Below, one piece after another: positions 9,610-18,094 of a stretch of DNA of 64,000 nt. The position numbers and the translations under genes were made by a program. Each line of letters begins with the position of its first letter. Within the stretch, counting starts at the first letter, position 1. The DNA lies in NCBI GenBank assembly GCA_038231275.1, contig JBBRLQ010000001.1, forward strand, positions 32,001-96,000, written 5' to 3'. Source of the stretch: Polyangiales bacterium (lineage in GTDB: Bacteria; Myxococcota_A; Polyangia; Polyangiales; Polyangiaceae). A model generated the notes under the pieces. It was not told the DNA's origin and did no database searches. It saw only the letters and a list, made by a program, of their open reading frames with translations.

Positions 9610-11037
9610 GTGGGACGCATCATCCTCATCGACGACAGCCCGAGCGCTCGCACGCTCATCGGCACACGCCTCCGCGAGGCCGGGTGGGAGGTGCTCGACG
9701 CGCCCGACGCGACGACGGGCGCCGAGCTGGCGATGGCGCAGCCGCCCGACGCGGTCGTCACCGATCTCTGGATGCCTGGAATTTCTGGTCTCCAGCTCTG
9801 TCGCCTCCTCCGCGCCGATCCCGTAACGGCGAACGTGCCGGTGGTCCTCTTGACCGCATCGGACGATCGGCGGACGCGCTTCTGGGCGCGCTGCGCGGGC
9901 GCCGCCGCGTATGTCACCAAGACGGAGATCGATCGCCTCGTCACGCTGGTCGCCGAGCTGGAGCACGCGCAGCCTCCGACGATGTCCATGCCCAATCCGA
10001 CCGCGTCGGCGACGGCCCGAACGACCGGCAGCGTGCCCGAGCGGTTGTCGCAGCTCCTCGACGCCGCGCTCTTCGAGTCGACGATGGCCGGCGAGGTGCG
10101 TTCGCTCGCCCACTTCGCGGACATCGAGTCGCTCTTCACCGAGCTGACGCGCCTCGCGTCCGACGTCGTCAGCTACCGCTGGATGGCGCTCCTCCCCACG
10201 GGCTCGAGCCGCTTGATGCTCCACGCGACCAAGAGCGCGCGCGCGCTGAGCGAGCGGGAGGCGCGCGAGGCGCTGGACCTCACGAAGGAAGTCCCCGAGG
10301 AGCGGCGCAAGACCGGAGGCGCGGGGATGTTCCTCGTCGAGGACGCGCGACCGCTGGGAGGCGACGGAGGCGCGCACGCCATCGTCGCGCCGATTCGCTT
10401 CGGCAACGAGACGCTCGGCACGCTCGCGATCGCCCCCACCAGGCGAGGCGCCTCGCTCGAAGACCGCCGCCTCCTCGACATCGTCTCCTCGGAGCTCGGC
10501 GGCGCGATGCGCATGGTCGGCCTCGTCGCCGAGGCGCGTCGCATCGCGGCCACCGATCCGCTCACCGGCCTCATGAACCGCCGCGCCTTCCTCGAGGTGA
10601 TCGCGCGCGACCGCTCGCGCAAGGACAAGAACCAGCACCCATGGTCGGTGCTGCTCCTCGACGTCGATCACTTCAAGCGCGTCAACGACACCTACGGCCA
10701 CGACGGAGGCGACGCGGTCCTCCAGGGCATCGCCACCGTGATCGCGAAGATCGCGCGAAAGTCCGACCACGTTGCCCGATGGGGCGGCGAAGAGTTCGTC
10801 GTCGCGCTCGTCCAGACCGTCGACGCCGGCGCCCGCATCGCCGCCGAGCGCGTGCGTCGCGCCATCGCCGAGACGCGCTTCGCCCTCCCGAGCGGCGACA
10901 TCATCACCGCGACCGCCTCGGTCGGCCTCGCGAGCGCTCAGTCCCTCGACTGGAACATCGACGATCTGGTCCAGCGCGCCGACAAGGCCATGTACAACGC
11001 GAAGCACCGCGGCCGAAACCGCGTGGAGACCTCGTAG
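9610..11037 (+). CDS. Response regulator diguanylate cyclase (REC - GAF-like - GGDEF)
   Basis: IDD..DLWMPG REC domain; TDPLTGLMNRR, DVDHFKRVNDTYGH, RKSD I-site, WGGEEF. Confidence 0.93.
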   Translation: MGRIILIDDSPSARTLIGTRLREAGWEVLDAPDATTGAELAMAQPPDAVVTDLWMPGISGLQLCRLLRADPVTANVPVVLLTASDDRRTRFWARCAGAAAYVTKTEIDRLVTLVAELEHAQPPTMSMPNPTASATARTTGSVPERLSQLLDAALFESTMAGEVRSLAHFADIESLFTELTRLASDVVSYRWMALLPTGSSRLMLHATKSARALSEREAREALDLTKEVPEERRKTGGAGMFLVEDARPLGGDGGAHAIVAPIRFGNETLGTLAIAPTRRGASLEDRRLLDIVSSELGGAMRMVGLVAEARRIAATDPLTGLMNRRAFLEVIARDRSRKDKNQHPWSVLLLDVDHFKRVNDTYGHDGGDAVLQGIATVIAKIARKSDHVARWGGEEFVVALVQTVDAGARIAAERVRRAIAETRFALPSGDIITATASVGLASAQSLDWNIDDLVQRADKAMYNAKHRGRNRVETS

Positions 11038-11039
11038 CG

Positions 11040-11771
11040 TCAGCCCGCTTCGGCCGCGACCGGCTCTTTGTGGTTGTGGAACTGGGCGAGCGAGCCGCCG
11101 CACGCGCACGTCTCCGGCACGTGATCCTTATGGTACACGCGCTCGCACCGCGGGCAGACACGCCCGTCCGGCTCCCACGCGATCGCCTTGTCGCTCGACG
11201 CGCAGCGCCGCCCGACGATCTGGAGCTTCTCGAGCTTCAGGATCTGCCCCGCGTCGCGCGACGCCTTGCCGATCGACTCGCGCGCCTCGTCGCTCACCTC
11301 GAGGACCTTCGGAATGCGGGCGCGCCCTTCCTTGACGATCCACGCGACCGCCTGGGGCTGGCTCTTCTGCGTAATCTTGAGAGACAGGCTCGCGCCCGCC
11401 TCGTCCTTGCCGCTCACGGCGAGCAGGCTCTCGCCCGCCTCCCACACGATCGCGTCGATCCCCCACCACGGCAGGCGCCGAACAGTGCCCTTCTCGATTC
11501 CTATACCCGCGTCGCCGACGCGCAGCGCGGCATCGCCGCTCGTGCCGATCCAGATCGCCGCGCCGAGCAGCAGCGCGCCGACGGCGAGCACCCAGATCGA
11601 ATACGGCACCGCGTCGGGCCGCAGGTACTGCCCGGTGAGACCGGCACCGAGCCCAGCCGCCCCGAGCGCGCCCGTCACCTGCACGAGCAGCGGCGGGGTC
11701 GAGCTCTGCGGCAAGAACCTCCGCTCGCTGCGTTCGCGCTTCTTTTCCTTGGTCTTCTTCGCCGTGGCCAT
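11040..11771 (-). CDS. Hypothetical membrane protein with C-terminal Zn-finger/RING-like segment
   Basis: Two TM helices; C-terminal RRC..x..VCPRCERVYHKDH..TCACG. Confidence 0.7.
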   Translation of the reverse strand: MATAKKTKEKKRERSERRFLPQSSTPPLLVQVTGALGAAGLGAGLTGQYLRPDAVPYSIWVLAVGALLLGAAIWIGTSGDAALRVGDAGIGIEKGTVRRLPWWGIDAIVWEAGESLLAVSGKDEAGASLSLKITQKSQPQAVAWIVKEGRARIPKVLEVSDEARESIGKASRDAGQILKLEKLQIVGRRCASSDKAIAWEPDGRVCPRCERVYHKDHVPETCACGGSLAQFHNHKEPVAAEAG

Positions 11772-11821
11772 GGGCGACGGACGTTAGAGCAGGCGCCGCG
11801 TTTACGCCAGGAGGTCGGCTC

Positions 11822-12433
11822 TCACAGGCAGTCGCCGTACGGATCGTTCTGGTAGTAGTAGAGGTCGGAGCTGCAGAGATCCTCGTTGCCGCTCTTCCAG
11901 TCGGGCGTGCCGATGATTCCCGCGGTGCACTGCGGGTCGTCCTTCGCGATCCACTGGTTCGAGTTGCAGCACGCCGAGAGCTGCGCGCAGTTCGGGCCGA
12001 CGGTGTCGGTTTTTCCGGCGTTCGAGCAGTCGAACGTCGCGAAGCCGCCGGCGCAGAGGTACTCGTTCTTCTTGCCGGTGAGCAGGTAGCAGGCCGCGCC
12101 GTTCGTGCTGTTCGTGAGCTTGCCGCAGCACTCGGAGAGCGCGCTGCACGCCGGGCCGGGCGTCTCGGGCGGCGGCGGAGGCGCGGCGTCGGGCGGAGGA
12201 GGCGGACGCGCGGCGTCGGCAGGAGCGGCATCGACCGGCGGCGCCGCGGCGTCGAACGGCGGGGTGGTCGGCGGCTTGGGGGCCGGCGCGCCTGCTTCCT
12301 TGACGGCGACGACGTTCTGGTCCGGCGCCGTCTTCGGCGGATCGTCCCCACCCGCCGCAGCCGGAGATCCGGCGCAGTGCAGGAGCGCGATCGAGGAGCC
12401 GAGCAACACGATCGTGGCGAGAACCTTACGCAT
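11822..12433 (-). CDS. Cys-rich lipoprotein with Pro-rich linker
   Basis: MRKVLATIVLLGSSIALLHC; two CxxLxxCC repeats (ACSALSECC, NCAQLSACC). Confidence 0.75.
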   Translation of the reverse strand: MRKVLATIVLLGSSIALLHCAGSPAAAGGDDPPKTAPDQNVVAVKEAGAPAPKPPTTPPFDAAAPPVDAAPADAARPPPPPDAAPPPPPETPGPACSALSECCGKLTNSTNGAACYLLTGKKNEYLCAGGFATFDCSNAGKTDTVGPNCAQLSACCNSNQWIAKDDPQCTAGIIGTPDWKSGNEDLCSSDLYYYQNDPYGDCL

Positions 12434-12660
12434 GACGACGTCCCCTTCGGGTTGGGCAGGAAGCCGCGGCGACGTGCCGCGTACCCTACGTCGTATGCAA
12501 AGATGCGACCATGTAGGCAATGGTGGTTAGCCTTGGCGAAATGGCGATGAAATCACATTGAATTTTTCCAATGCCTCCATCCCTCGATCCACCACGCCAC
12601 CGGATCATGAGACGGGTCGGTGATCCACCCACATGGACCACTCGCCCCGTCGCGCCCCCT

Positions 12661-14031
12661 CTACTTGAGGTTGGCGAGCTCGTCGTAGAGGTGCGCGGCG
12701 CTCTTGATGCCGAGGTGGTAGTTCTCGAGATCGATCCACTCGTTCGGCGCGTGCGCGTTCTCGTCCGGCTGTCCGAAGCCCATGAGGAGGCAGGGCTTGC
12801 CAGTGACGTCGGCGATGGTCCGCACGAACGGGATCGAGCCCCCTTCGCGGATGAAGACGGTCGGCTTTCCGAACGCCTTCGAGAAGGCGCGCTTGGCGAT
12901 CTCGAAGACGGGGTGGTCGGTCGGCGCGAGGTACGGGCGACCGCCGTGGAGGCGGACGATCTTCACCTTGATGCCCGGCGGCGCGATCTTCTCGAGGTAG
13001 CGCGTCACGAGATCTGCGATCTCTTCGGGCTCTTGGTGCGGGACGAGGCGGCAGCTGATTTTCGCCATCGCGCGCGCCGGAATGATCGTCTTGCTCCCCT
13101 CGCCGGTGAACCCGCCGGAGATGCCGTTGCAGTCCAACGTCGGCCGTGTCCACACGCGCTCGAGCGTCGAGTAGCCCTTCTCGCCGAACACCGCGGAGGC
13201 GCCGGTCGATTTGCGCCACTCCTCTTCGTTGAACGGCAGGCTCTTGATCTCCGCGCGCTCGGCGGCGGTGAGGGCGACGACCTTGTCGTAGAAGCCGGGG
13301 ACGAGGATCTTCCCTTCGTCGTCCTGGAGGCGCGCGATCATCCTCGCGAGCGCGTTCACCGGGTTCATGATCCCGCCGCCGAACGAGCCGGAGTGCAGAT
13401 CGGTCGACGGCCCCTCGACGTGGACCTCGATGTACATGAGGCCGCGGAGCCCGACGCAGAGCGAGGGGATGCCGCGCCCGAACATCGCCGTGTCGCTGAC
13501 GCAGACGAAATCCGCCGCGAGCTCTTTCTGCTTCTGGCGCATCAGCTCATCGAGGTTCGCGCTGCCGATCTCCTCTTCGCCCTCGACGATGAGCTTCACG
13601 TTGATCGGCAGCTTCTTCCGCGCCTTGATGAACGACTCGATCGCCTTCACGTGGATGAGGACCTGGCCCTTGTCGTCCACGACGCCGCGTCCCCACATGC
13701 GGCCGTCGCGGATCGCGGGCTCGAACGGCGGAGAGATCCACTCGTTCAGCGGATCGACGGGCTGCACGTCGTGGTGGCCGTAGATGAGGAGGGTGGGCTT
13801 GCCAGGCGCGTCCATCCACTCGGCGAAGACGGCGGGGTGGCCCGCGGTCGGCCAGAGCTCGGTCTTCGTCGCGCCGAGCTTGCTCACCTGCGCGATGAGG
13901 TGCTCGGCGTTCTTCACCATGTCGGCCGCGTGGGCGGGATCGCTCGAGATCGCGGGGATCCTCGTCCACTCGGCGAGCTCGTCGACGAAGCGTTGGCGGT
14001 TCGCGTCGATGTAGTCGAGGACGTCTTTCAT
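12661..14031 (-). CDS. M20 family dipeptidase (Dug1/DapE-like)
   Basis: YGHHDVQP, GRGVVDDKG, EGEEEIGS, DLHSGSFGG, GGSIP, HAPNE. Confidence 0.95.
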   Translation of the reverse strand: MKDVLDYIDANRQRFVDELAEWTRIPAISSDPAHAADMVKNAEHLIAQVSKLGATKTELWPTAGHPAVFAEWMDAPGKPTLLIYGHHDVQPVDPLNEWISPPFEPAIRDGRMWGRGVVDDKGQVLIHVKAIESFIKARKKLPINVKLIVEGEEEIGSANLDELMRQKQKELAADFVCVSDTAMFGRGIPSLCVGLRGLMYIEVHVEGPSTDLHSGSFGGGIMNPVNALARMIARLQDDEGKILVPGFYDKVVALTAAERAEIKSLPFNEEEWRKSTGASAVFGEKGYSTLERVWTRPTLDCNGISGGFTGEGSKTIIPARAMAKISCRLVPHQEPEEIADLVTRYLEKIAPPGIKVKIVRLHGGRPYLAPTDHPVFEIAKRAFSKAFGKPTVFIREGGSIPFVRTIADVTGKPCLLMGFGQPDENAHAPNEWIDLENYHLGIKSAAHLYDELANLK

Positions 14032-14050
14032 GGTCCGATCGTCCTTACCG

Positions 14051-14647
14051 TCATCTCGCGAGGACGACCAGCGCTTCGCGCACCAGCTCGGGGAGCGGCG
14101 TCTTTCCTACGCGGTCGCCGAGCGCTTGAACCGCGCGCTCGGCCTCGGACTGCTTGTAGCCCATGTTCACGAGGGCGCCGATGAGGAGCTCGTTTCCCTT
14201 GGGCGGCGCGGCAGCAATGGACGAGGTCCCGAGCGCACCCTCGAGACTCAGCTTGTCGCGCAGCTCGAGCACGAGGCGCTCCGCGGTCTTCTTGCCGACG
14301 CCCGAGATGCTCGTGAGCTTGAGGACGTCCTTGCTCGCGATCGCGCGCGCGAGCTCCGGGCCAGGCAACGCCGAGAGTACGGCAATCGCGGTCTTCGGAC
14401 CGACGTTGGATACGCTGATGAGCGCGCGAAACGCCGCGCGATCGGCGTCGGTCGCGAAGCCGAAGAGGACGAGCGCGTCCTCTCGCACGTGCGTGTGGAC
14501 GAAGAAGGTCACCGGCTGCCCATCGCCGCCCACGCGACCGACGGCGCCGATCGGCGTGACGAGCTCGTAGCCCACCCCGCCGACGTCGACGACGACGATC
14601 CCGTCCCCCTCCTGCGCGGCAACGCGGCCGGTGATGCGCCCGATCAG
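14051..14647 (-). CDS. ruvA: Holliday junction branch migration protein RuvA (apparent CTG start)
   Basis: (M)IGRITG..VVDVGGVGYE, HTHVREDALVLFGF, VSNVGPKTA, ISGVGKKTAERLVLELRDK, ALVNMGY. Confidence 0.95.
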   Translation of the reverse strand: MIGRITGRVAAQEGDGIVVVDVGGVGYELVTPIGAVGRVGGDGQPVTFFVHTHVREDALVLFGFATDADRAAFRALISVSNVGPKTAIAVLSALPGPELARAIASKDVLKLTSISGVGKKTAERLVLELRDKLSLEGALGTSSIAAAPPKGNELLIGALVNMGYKQSEAERAVQALGDRVGKTPLPELVREALVVLAR

Positions 14648-15198
14648 TTGTCGAGCGCTCCCTGCGCGATCCAGCGGCGAACGACGTCACGGCTCGGCGA
14701 CGGGAGGATGTCGCTGCCTTGCGGCATCGAGAGTTGGCAGTCGGCGCCCGTGCACTGCGCGTTGAAGACGCACTGATCGCCGTCCATCTTGTGCATGAGG
14801 AAGCTCTTGGACGGATCGCTCGCCGTCACGAACGGCATCGTCGCCAGGTCCTTCGAGAGCACGCCGACGACGAGCCCGTGCACCTTGCTGGAGTCGGCGC
14901 CGAGCTGGTCCTTCGCGCCGAGGAAGAGGCCGCCTTGGCTCGCGGTGGGCGAGCCGTGGCACGATGTGGAGAGGCCGCAGCTCTTGTTGAAGACGCTGGC
15001 GACGACGTCGGTCTTGAAGCTGACCTTTGGGGTCGTCAGATCGAGCTTGCCGGGATCGTACGCGACGCAGCCGCTCGCTCCGCTGCTGCCGCCGCTGCTG
15101 CCGCTGCTGCCGCTCGACGAGGTCGAGCTGGACGAGCTGCACGCGGCGAGGGACGCGAGGGCGAGGACGATCGCCGCGAAGAATGTCTGCCGAAGCAT
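14644..15198 (-). CDS. Lipoprotein with cytochrome c-like domain, atypical CX5CH motif
   Basis: Lipobox LAAC, Ser/Gly linker, VSFKTDV..VFNKSCGLSTSCHG, DPSKSFLMHK, MPQG, VRRWIAQGA. Confidence 0.7.
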   Translation of the reverse strand: MLRQTFFAAIVLALASLAACSSSSSTSSSGSSGSSGGSSGASGCVAYDPGKLDLTTPKVSFKTDVVASVFNKSCGLSTSCHGSPTASQGGLFLGAKDQLGADSSKVHGLVVGVLSKDLATMPFVTASDPSKSFLMHKMDGDQCVFNAQCTGADCQLSMPQGSDILPSPSRDVVRRWIAQGALDN

Positions 15199-15238
15199 TG
15201 GGGAGGCTCTCCTTTTTAAGGGTCGCCGCCACCGTAGC

Positions 15239-16636
15239 TCAGGACTTCTTCACGCGCGAGCGGACGACCACGAAGCCGAGGAAGCCGGCCAGCGCCAAGA
15301 GCGCGAGGGGGCCTTCCGAGGAGCCGGGCGTCGTCGTCGCGCAGCTGAACGACGACTTGCCGTTGCCGGTGACCGCGGCCTGCGCTTGATCGCGCGGACC
15401 TTGCCCGACGACGTCGCAGCCGTTGTAGATGGGGCACACCGGCTGGCCCAACTCCTTCGTCGGGAGCCTCAGGCCCGCGAGCATGCCTTGATCGGCGGAG
15501 GGCTGCAGATCGAGATCGGTCGCGAGGTTGGCGTGCGCGAGATCGGCGCGGATGCGGGTGACGCGGGCGCGCGACGTCGCGATGCCGGCGAAGAGCGTCG
15601 CGATGTCCTCGTCGCGCGCCTGATCGGGCGTCTCGTTGACGCCGCCCTCGGGGGTGGTGACCGGCAGGTAGTCCGAGCCCGCGTCGACGGGCGGGCCGCC
15701 GCCGCCGAAGCCACCCTGGAACGGGTAGCGGATTCGGTTCGCGACGGTGTCCGAAGAGATCGCCTCGGCGCTCTCGATCTCCCAGGTCTTGCCGTCGCTC
15801 TTCTGCGCGCGCAGCGCCTTGAAGTTGCTGGAGCTGGAGGCCCAGTCCCACACGAGATCGTCGCTCGTGATCGCGAACGATCCGAAGTTCTGCGGCTCGT
15901 AGCGCCCCTCGGCGAGCACCCAGAGCGTGATGCCGACGGTGGCGCCGGTGCCCGCCGTGACCATGCGCAGCGGCAGGCTCGGCGAGCCGCCGGCCGTCGT
16001 GACACGTACGGGACGCATCGACGCGACGCCCGCGCCCGGAACGAGCTTGAGCGCGAGGAAATCGTATTTCTCCGCCTGGTACGCCGCGATGATCGGCTTC
16101 ACGTCGGCGGGGATCGAGTAGCTGTGCGACGTGAGCCAGTCCTCGAGCGCGTTCGGCGACGTCGCGCTGAGCTGCACGGTCTCGTAGGGGCCGACGACCT
16201 CCTCTTTGATGATCGTGACACCCGGCGGCGCGGACCCCGCGTCCGAGCTCCCCGCGCCAAACGCGGTGCCCCCCCCGGAGGACGAGCCTCCGCAGTTGTT
16301 CGGCGCCGCCGGGCAGCGCGTCGGAGGCTGCTGCACCTGCGTCTGCGTGAGCGAGTCGAGCGCGCTGAAGACCACGTCGGCGCTGAGCGCGACCTTCGCC
16401 TGGCCGTTGATCGGCAGCACCCACGCGAAGCTCGACGGGCTCCCCGTGTAGTGGATCTGATCGTAGAGCGTCGTCTGCTGCGGAGAGATCGTCAGGATCA
16501 TCCGGTGATCGGTGACGACCGAGTCGCTCTCGGTGGGCGGCGAGAAGCAGCCGCCGCACGCGCGCGCGTCGCTCTCGAGGACGGTGACCAGCGTGGCGGC
16601 GAGCGCGAGGCCCGACGCGAGGGCGAAAATTCTCAT
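15239..16636 (-). CDS. DUF2330-like protein, paralog 3, with MYXO-CTERM-like tail
   Basis: Signal peptide ARA|CGGCF; QIHYTG..SFAWVLP; VGPYETVQL; WL...Y; FLALKL; LPLRM; C-terminal FSC...TM...RSRVKK. Confidence 0.85.
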   Translation of the reverse strand: MRIFALASGLALAATLVTVLESDARACGGCFSPPTESDSVVTDHRMILTISPQQTTLYDQIHYTGSPSSFAWVLPINGQAKVALSADVVFSALDSLTQTQVQQPPTRCPAAPNNCGGSSSGGGTAFGAGSSDAGSAPPGVTIIKEEVVGPYETVQLSATSPNALEDWLTSHSYSIPADVKPIIAAYQAEKYDFLALKLVPGAGVASMRPVRVTTAGGSPSLPLRMVTAGTGATVGITLWVLAEGRYEPQNFGSFAITSDDLVWDWASSSSNFKALRAQKSDGKTWEIESAEAISSDTVANRIRYPFQGGFGGGGPPVDAGSDYLPVTTPEGGVNETPDQARDEDIATLFAGIATSRARVTRIRADLAHANLATDLDLQPSADQGMLAGLRLPTKELGQPVCPIYNGCDVVGQGPRDQAQAAVTGNGKSSFSCATTTPGSSEGPLALLALAGFLGFVVVRSRVKKS

Positions 16637-16689
16637 GGAAAGCTCCTTCTAAGTGAATCGAGAAACGTGTCGGTCCTTCGCGACGGCGC

Positions 16690-18069
16690 TCAGCGGCGAC
16701 GGCGCGTGCGCGCGAACGCGTAAGCGAGGAAGGCGGCGAGCGCGCCGAGGGTGAGGGGGGCCCCGCCGGCGGGCGCATGGTCGGGCACGCTGCAGGCGAA
16801 CGAGCTGCCGCTCGATTTCGCGCGCGCGATCGCCTCGTCGCGCGGCGCAGTGCCGGCGGGATCGCACCCGTTGAAGATCGGGCACTGCGGTTGACCGGCC
16901 TCCTTCGAGGCTTGGCGCTGTCCCGCGAGCTCCGCGGGATCGGCGGCGGGCTGTAAGAGAAGATCGGCGGCGAGCGACGCGTGCGCGAGGTCGGCGCGGA
17001 GACGCGTGATGCGCGGTGCGGCCATCTCGTCGACGAGGGTGACGAGATCGGCCTCCCGCACCTGGTCGGCGGTCTTCGTGACGGCGCCGTTCGTATCGGT
17101 CACCGGCGCGTAGTCGTTGCCGTTCGGAGCCGCGACGCCGCCGCCCCCGCCGGAGGGCCCAAAGTAGTACCCGTTGCGGATCGCGTCGGCGATCGTGCGC
17201 GCTTGGAAGGTCGTCGAGGTCTCGGTCTCCCAGCTCTTTCCGTCCGTCGACTTCTGCGCGCGCAGGGCGCCGAAGTTGGACGTGTTCGTCGCCCAATCCC
17301 AGACGAGGTCCTCGCTCTTGATGGCGAAGTTCGGGAAATTCTGCGCCTCGTACCGTCCCTCGGCGACGATCCACAGCGTGATGCCGACCTTGGGGCCGGT
17401 GCCCGCCGCGACCATGCGCAGCGGCAGTGACGGAGAGCCCCCCGCCGTCGTCACGCGAACGGGGCGCATCGACTGCACGTTGGCACCCGGGCGAAGCTTG
17501 ATCGCGAGAAAATCGAAATGCTCTCGCACGTACGCGGCGACGATCGGCGCGACGTCGGCGGGAACCGAATAGCCGTTCTGCGTGAGCCAGTCGGTCAATG
17601 CCGTCGGGTTCGACGACGCGAGCTGCACCGTCTGGTACGGCCCGACCGTCTCTTGGCGAATCACCGTGACGCCACCGTGGTCTTCGGCCCCGGCCGCGCT
17701 CGGCGCCGAGAGTGCCTGCCGGCAGCTCGACGGATTGCCGGGGCAGCGCGGATCGGGCGCGACCACGGTCGACGCAGTCATGGCGTCGAGCGTCGCGAAC
17801 ATCGAGTCCGCGCTGAGGCCGACCGACGCCGCCCCGTTGATCGGGAGCACCCAGGCGAAGTCCTTCGGATTGCCCTGGTAGCGGATCTGGTCGTAGAGCG
17901 TGGTCTGGCGCGACGTGACCGTCAGGACCATGCGGTGATCCGTGATCACCGACTCGGTCTCCGTCGGCGGATGAAAGCACCCGCCGCACGCGCGCGCTTC
18001 TCCTTCGCTCACCAAGAGCGAGGCGCTGGCGAGCGCGGCGACGACGACGAGGCTCGCGATGGTTCGCAT
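16690..18069 (-). CDS. DUF2330-like protein, paralog 2, with MYXO-CTERM-like tail
   Basis: ARA|CGGCF; QIRYQGNPKDFAWVLP; VGPYQTVQL; LPLRMVAAG; FAC...TM...RTRRRR; RBS GGAGG. Confidence 0.85.
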   Translation of the reverse strand: MRTIASLVVVAALASASLLVSEGEARACGGCFHPPTETESVITDHRMVLTVTSRQTTLYDQIRYQGNPKDFAWVLPINGAASVGLSADSMFATLDAMTASTVVAPDPRCPGNPSSCRQALSAPSAAGAEDHGGVTVIRQETVGPYQTVQLASSNPTALTDWLTQNGYSVPADVAPIVAAYVREHFDFLAIKLRPGANVQSMRPVRVTTAGGSPSLPLRMVAAGTGPKVGITLWIVAEGRYEAQNFPNFAIKSEDLVWDWATNTSNFGALRAQKSTDGKSWETETSTTFQARTIADAIRNGYYFGPSGGGGGVAAPNGNDYAPVTDTNGAVTKTADQVREADLVTLVDEMAAPRITRLRADLAHASLAADLLLQPAADPAELAGQRQASKEAGQPQCPIFNGCDPAGTAPRDEAIARAKSSGSSFACSVPDHAPAGGAPLTLGALAAFLAYAFARTRRRR

Positions 18070-18094
18070 GGGGGTTCCTCCAGGTTTCCGACGG

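Noticed and set aside
12466-12480. Possible sigma54 site upstream of the 12433 lipoprotein (CGGCACG...)
   Set aside because: GG-N10-GC spacing is not met
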